Positions 59,617 through 64,000 of a stretch of 64,000 bases of DNA are shown here, in pieces. Source of the stretch: Nitrospirota bacterium (GTDB lineage Bacteria; Nitrospirota; UBA9217); the NCBI GenBank assembly GCA_963754875.1, contig CAVWHO010000020.1, positions 128,001 to 192,000 of the forward strand, given 5' to 3'. Each line of letters starts with the position of its first letter. Within the stretch, counting starts at the first letter, position 1. A program made the translations under genes and the position numbers. The notes under the pieces are model-generated. The model was not told the origin of the DNA. It was given only the letters and a program-made list of their open reading frames with translations, and searched no databases.

Positions 59617-59674
59617 AGTGAGCGTCGGGAATCATCAAAGAAATGACGCAAGAAGGCAAAGAGGTGCTTAAACC

Positions 59675-60154
59675 ATGAAATGGGCTGTGCTTTTGCTTTT
59701 TGGAACTATCGGCTTGGCCTCGCTTGTCAGCGGGACAAGGTGGGGACTTGAATCCTACCCCCTTTATCGTGACAGCGTGCCGACCCAGGGCACGGTCGTC
59801 GATCAGTACCAGAAAAAGGACGATAAAACATCGGAGGTCGTGTATTTCCCGGTGATAGAATTTTCCACTTCGGGCATGGAAAAAGTTCGCTTCCGGGGCA
59901 GTGCAGGGTCCTTCAGCAGCCCCGGATATGAGTTGGGAACTGTGGTCGATGTCCTTTATGATCCCCGCAATCCTGCGAACGCGAAGATGGGCAGCATTAA
60001 GCAATTGTGGATGGGACCCTTAACAGCAGCGGGCATCGGGCTTGTGCTTTTGCTGCTGAGCATAGTTCTTTTCGTGAAAATCGGAAGCTTTGAAAAACAT
60101 CTCCGATCCATGCGACCTCGTACAAAAGAGGACAGGGGGGAGCGAACGGTTTAA
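59675..60154 (+). CDS. DUF3592-like membrane protein
   Basis: TM, GTVV..YFPVIEF..G..V.VLYDPRNP, TM. Confidence 0.75.
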   Translation: MKWAVLLLFGTIGLASLVSGTRWGLESYPLYRDSVPTQGTVVDQYQKKDDKTSEVVYFPVIEFSTSGMEKVRFRGSAGSFSSPGYELGTVVDVLYDPRNPANAKMGSIKQLWMGPLTAAGIGLVLLLLSIVLFVKIGSFEKHLRSMRPRTKEDRGERTV

Positions 60155-60349
60155 AAGGCCGTACAACCTTGTTCATCCACTTCAACGAGTTTTTTCCTTA
60201 TCGAACACCGTTTCCCTCTCGAAGCCGCCATCCGACTGACTGTGCGCGGGTATTCATTGTATATATAAAAAATAAACAAATTGTATAATAAATTAACAGA
60301 TCTGAACGCTCCCCTTTGGTAAACCCTCTGAATTTGCCGTTGTTTTCGC

Positions 60350-60365
60350 TGGCATGCACGTTGCT
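60350..60365 (+). promoter_or_regulatory. sigma54 promoter
   Basis: TGGCATGCACGTTGCT (GG-N10-GC). Confidence 0.7.
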
Positions 60366-60488
60366 ATAACGTGCATAGCATCAATGCCGCGATGTGCGAA
60401 AGCATGAAGTGGGCCCCTTCCTCCCCTTAGGCAGTTCTTGCTTCGTGCCTTCACAACGCTGCGGCATACTTCTCTGAGAGGTGACAAA

Positions 60489-61634
60489 ATGAGCGAAGTT
60501 GCTGCGCAGGTTTCCGTCGACGAACTGAAACGGGTCGGGATCATCGGCCAGAAACAGAAGGATTTTTATCTCATTCGACTTCGGACCGTGGGCGGCGGAA
60601 TGACCGCCGAGGAACTGAACACGGTCTCGGAGGTCTCGCGGAAATACGGGAACGGGCAGGTGCACCTCACGACACGCCAGGCAATCGAGATCCACAACAT
60701 CCATGTCGAGAATCTTCAGGCCGCCCGTGAGGAAATAGAGGCGTGTGGGATCGTGCTTGGCGTATGCGGGCCGCGCGGCAGGGGGATCGTGGCCTGCCCC
60801 GGAAACGCAACATGCACCTCGGGTCTGATCGAAACCAGGGAACTGGCCGCAGAGTTCGACGAGGCCTATCTGCGCATGCCTGCTCCGCACAAGTTCAAAA
60901 TCGGCATTTCCGGTTGCCCGAACAATTGTTCTAAACCTATTGAGAACGATGTCGGCATTATGGGCGGCGTACTGCCGCGTTGGCACAAGGACACCTGCAC
61001 TGCCTGCCAGCTCTGCGTAAACATTTGTCCAACCAGGGCGATCGAGCAAAAAGGCGGGGATTTTGTCCTCGACAGCGGCAAGTGCCTCCTGTGCGGGCTT
61101 TGCATCAGTAACTGCCCGTCGTCGACATGGACTGCAGAGAAGACCGGTTACACGCTCTATCTCGGCGGGACCATGGGCAAGAAACCCCGCCTCGGGACCA
61201 GGGCAAAAGTATTAATTGAAACAAAGGAAGAGCTTGTAGCTGCGGTCCGCAAGGCGTTCGACTTTTACGTTGCCCACGGCAGGAAAAAAGAGCGTTTCGG
61301 CCACACCCTCGACAGGATCGGAGTGGACCAGGCTTTTGCCCAAATCTTTTCAGACAAGACTGAAAAGCCGGTGTCAGCACAGGATTCTACGGCAGCGTCA
61401 CCAATAAAAAGGAACCTCCTCGACCTGAGAGGCGTCTGCTGTCCCATGAATTTCGTGAAGGCAAAACTTGCAATGGACAAGATCAGGAACGGCGAAACGA
61501 TTGAGTTTTACCTTGACGATGGGGAGCCGATCGTAAATGTCACCCGCAGTCTCAAAGATGAGGGACATCAGGTGCTGAGTGTAGTGCCGCAGGACGCATA
61601 TTTCAAAGTACTGGTCGAGAAGAAGATCTCCTGA
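60489..61634 (+). CDS. Nitrite/sulfite-reductase-like protein with 2x[4Fe-4S] ferredoxin insert fused to a TusA/SirA domain
   Basis: LTTRQ, ACPGNATC, KFKIGISGCPNNC, CTACQLCVNICP, CLLCGLCISNCP, LDLRGVCCPMNFVKAK. Confidence 0.85.
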   Translation: MSEVAAQVSVDELKRVGIIGQKQKDFYLIRLRTVGGGMTAEELNTVSEVSRKYGNGQVHLTTRQAIEIHNIHVENLQAAREEIEACGIVLGVCGPRGRGIVACPGNATCTSGLIETRELAAEFDEAYLRMPAPHKFKIGISGCPNNCSKPIENDVGIMGGVLPRWHKDTCTACQLCVNICPTRAIEQKGGDFVLDSGKCLLCGLCISNCPSSTWTAEKTGYTLYLGGTMGKKPRLGTRAKVLIETKEELVAAVRKAFDFYVAHGRKKERFGHTLDRIGVDQAFAQIFSDKTEKPVSAQDSTAASPIKRNLLDLRGVCCPMNFVKAKLAMDKIRNGETIEFYLDDGEPIVNVTRSLKDEGHQVLSVVPQDAYFKVLVEKKIS

Positions 61635-61831
61635 GAGGATGAACACCCTTTTGGTTTCCCCGCGGGAGTTCAGGGACGTTGGCGCAGAAATTGATTCTTT
61701 AGGGGTTCGACGTGCTGCGTTCGATTTTACCGGAACGGCCTGAAAGCGGGGGAAATCAAGGTGGACGGAGAAGGAGAAAAAGGCTGATTGTCTGTCGAAT
61801 GCGGGGCCTGGGGTACTGAAGGCTGTCGCCG

Positions 61832-62371
61832 TTACAACACCTTTCCCATAAGCACTTCACTGATGAAATCCCTGCCCATCCGTATCCTGTTCTTCCTTAC
61901 ACCTTCTTCAATGAAGCCGGCCTTCTTGAACATGCTGAGAGAGCGCTGATTTGTCGTGAAGATATTTGCCTCCAGTTTTTTGAACCCCATCTCGGTGGCC
62001 CATTCTATCGAATAGTTGAGCAGGTTTGCCCCGATGCCGAGCCCCCGGAACTTCTCTTTCAAATGAAGCCCGATGTGCAGAATGTGGGCTGTTTCCGGCC
62101 TCATCCCGGCATCTGCCTGCAAAGCCGCCAGGCAACCGACGACCTCATCGCCTGCTGAAGCAACGATGAGAAGGTTGCTCGTGCGCTCCAGTCCGCTTAT
62201 ATATTCTCTCTCCGACGCGGAATCCTTGCCATACTGCTCCATGAGGACATAACTGCGCTCATTTGCATTTGATCGCACGGTGTCAATGATGGCGCAGGAA
62301 TCATCAGGCTGGGCCGGCCTGATCGTTATTTCCGACCCGTCTTTTGCCATGAACGTCCTGATCGTGTGCAT
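61832..62371 (-). CDS. GNAT N-acetyltransferase
   Basis: FRGLGIG motif A; NQRSLSMFKKAGFIEEG. Confidence 0.85.
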   Translation of the reverse strand: MHTIRTFMAKDGSEITIRPAQPDDSCAIIDTVRSNANERSYVLMEQYGKDSASEREYISGLERTSNLLIVASAGDEVVGCLAALQADAGMRPETAHILHIGLHLKEKFRGLGIGANLLNYSIEWATEMGFKKLEANIFTTNQRSLSMFKKAGFIEEGVRKNRIRMGRDFISEVLMGKVL

Positions 62372-62409
62372 GGTCCCCTCCTTGCGGCCTCTATGAATTT
62401 GATTATATA

Positions 62410-62460
62410 CCTGAATCCCGCGACTTGCAATCCCCAGGCTCCTGCCGGAGGGGCTCCACT
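62410..62460. repeat. Dispersed palindromic repeat, copy 2
   Basis: Near-identical to 8836-8887. Confidence 0.8.
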
Positions 62461-62715
62461 CGCAGCGATCACGATGCGTAATGAGAAAAAATGATGCTCA
62501 ACCGTTGAATGCCAATACCTCGGATCAACGGTCAAGCCATTGATCGACCTGATCGACCCGGCCCCGAGTATTATTTTGGAATTTGCAACGGCTCGTCTAC
62601 GGGGAAACTTTTGAGGGCATGCTCTTGGCGAGTACGGTGTACGGCTGGGATAAAATATCGCGGCAGGACGGGCGTTGAAAACAACACCCGGCCTGCCTTG
62701 TTCGGGGATCCTGTT

Positions 62716-62907
62716 TTACGGTTTCTTTTCTTCCAGTTTTTTCGCTTCTACCGTGTCTTCTTCCTTCTCAGACATGGCTTTCTTGAATCCCCGGATGCTT
62801 TTCCCGAGGCTTTCCCCGAGTGCCGGCAATTTCCCCGGGCCGAAGATGATCAAGACGATTACGAGAATCAAAAGCAAATGCATTGGCTGAAATAGTCCTC
62901 TACCCAT
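62716..62907 (-). CDS. tatA: Twin-arginine translocase subunit TatA/E
   Basis: LILVIVLIIFGPGKLPALGESLGKSIRGFKK. Confidence 0.92.
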   Translation of the reverse strand: MGRGLFQPMHLLLILVIVLIIFGPGKLPALGESLGKSIRGFKKAMSEKEEDTVEAKKLEEKKP

Positions 62908-62930
62908 GGTAGCACCCTCCAATATTCAGG

Positions 62931-63125
62931 TTACTTTTTTATATCGCGCGAAGATCGCGTCTTCTTTTTCAACGACGTTAAAATAAACATCACGAGGATC
63001 AGTATCCAGACAAATTTTAATGTTAAAAGAGTGAACGATAAATAGATAAATTGCTTTATCGACTTTAACGCTAAACCTGCAGCCACGATGAGGCCGCCGA
63101 TAAGTAATATTCTATCAAATTTCAT
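62931..63125 (-). CDS. Small AT-rich 2-TM hypothetical protein
   Basis: MKFDRILLIGG..; weak support. Confidence 0.35.
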   Translation of the reverse strand: MKFDRILLIGGLIVAAGLALKSIKQFIYLSFTLLTLKFVWILILVMFILTSLKKKTRSSRDIKK

Positions 63126-63243
63126 ATCACACAATGAGGAAAACGACGTGTATACTGTAAATCTTTTTCCTTTGTTCTGCAACCTCTTTTTTCACATTGA
63201 GAAACGCCTTTACAACGCACCCGGCAGTTTTATGTTCATACGC

Positions 63244-64000
63244 TCACTCGCTTTCTAACCCATACTTCTTGAGCTTTCTCCAGAGGGAGACGCGATCTAT
63301 GCCCAGTATCTGAGCGGCGAGGGTCTTGTTGCCGCCGACCTCGTTCAGCACCCACTTGATATAGGCTTCTTCCTGTTCATCGAGCGACGGAATTTTGCCT
63401 TCCTTTTTTCGGAACGTTTTGATGCTGAGTTCCCGCAGGTCCTCGGGCAGGTGGCCGGTCTCGATCGCTCCGCCGTTCGCGAGCGCCACGCCCCGCTCCA
63501 TGATGTTCTCTAGTTCCCGTACATTGCCGGGAAAGTCGTAGTGCATGAGCAGGGCGATCACTTCTTCCGCGATTTCGGTGACCTCTTTCTTCATAAGCAC
63601 CGCATATTTTTTGAGGAAGTAGTAGGAAAGGAGGGGGATATCGTCCTTGCGTTCGACGAGCGGCGGGATGCGAAGCGAAACGACGTTCAGCCTGAAGTAC
63701 AGGTCCTGACGGAATGAACCGCTTTTCATCGAATCGTGAATGTCCCTGTTCGTTGCCGCTACGAACCGTACGTCTACCTTGAGCGGGTCAATGCCCCCGA
63801 CGCGCAGCACTTCCTTCTCCTGGATCACGCGCAGCAGTTTTACCTGCATGGACTGCGGCATCTCGGTCACTTCGTCCATGAACAGGGTGCCGCCCGACGC
63901 CATCTCGATCAGTCCCTTTTTCATGGCGCTCGCGCCGGTGAAGGCGCCCTTTTCGTGCCCGAACAGCTCGTTTGACAACAGCTCCTCGGTGAAGGCCCCG
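63244..64000 (-). CDS. sigma54-dependent transcriptional regulator, 5' part outside window
   Basis: ELFGHEKGAFTGA, FPGNVRELEN, HTH LGIDRVSLWRKLK. Confidence 0.92.
   Translation of the reverse strand, partial: GAFTEELLSNELFGHEKGAFTGASAMKKGLIEMASGGTLFMDEVTEMPQSMQVKLLRVIQEKEVLRVGGIDPLKVDVRFVAATNRDIHDSMKSGSFRQDLYFRLNVVSLRIPPLVERKDDIPLLSYYFLKKYAVLMKKEVTEIAEEVIALLMHYDFPGNVRELENIMERGVALANGGAIETGHLPEDLRELSIKTFRKKEGKIPSLDEQEEAYIKWVLNEVGGNKTLAAQILGIDRVSLWRKLKKYGLESE

Noticed and set aside
1..64000. Selenoprotein (in-frame UGA) candidates suggested by selA; rRNA, tRNA and CRISPR arrays
   Set aside because: The split genes examined are explained by frameshifts, not UGA read-through; no tRNA, rRNA or CRISPR pattern was seen by eye.

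Overview
Bacterial chromosomal window of moderately high GC; gene content suggests a Nitrospirota/Desulfobacterota-like anaerobe (inference). The left half carries selA, RNase R, glnE, a large sigma54-linked lipoprotein, a TauE/DUF1634 pair, two tandem six-gene Hyf-like (Ehr-type, no Ni ligands) membrane complexes, a c7-type triheme cytochrome and tex. From about 34.0 to 51.4 kb lies a minus-strand integron cassette array: six intact attC sites, plus split or degenerate ones. It is invaded by an IS21 (7-bp TSD), an IS630, two RAYT-like Y1 transposase units bounded by 23-bp inverted repeats at attC sites, a truncated IS110/IS1111 element whose downstream non-coding end folds into a two-loop bridge-RNA-like structure with an apparent attC-matching guide, and a tyrosine-recombinase + IS91-type element with an attC-like end. 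The integron integrase survives only as a C-terminal stub. It is joined back-to-back to a second recombinase stub by a perfect 32-bp palindrome at the same catalytic RHSFATHLL motif. The right end holds sigma54 regulators, a PhnD-like/HAMP-PAS sensor pair, acetolactate synthase, a sulfite-reductase-like/TusA fusion and tatA. Many single-base frameshifts in conserved genes probably reflect sequencing or assembly indels. All family calls are from motif recognition by eye; no searches were run.
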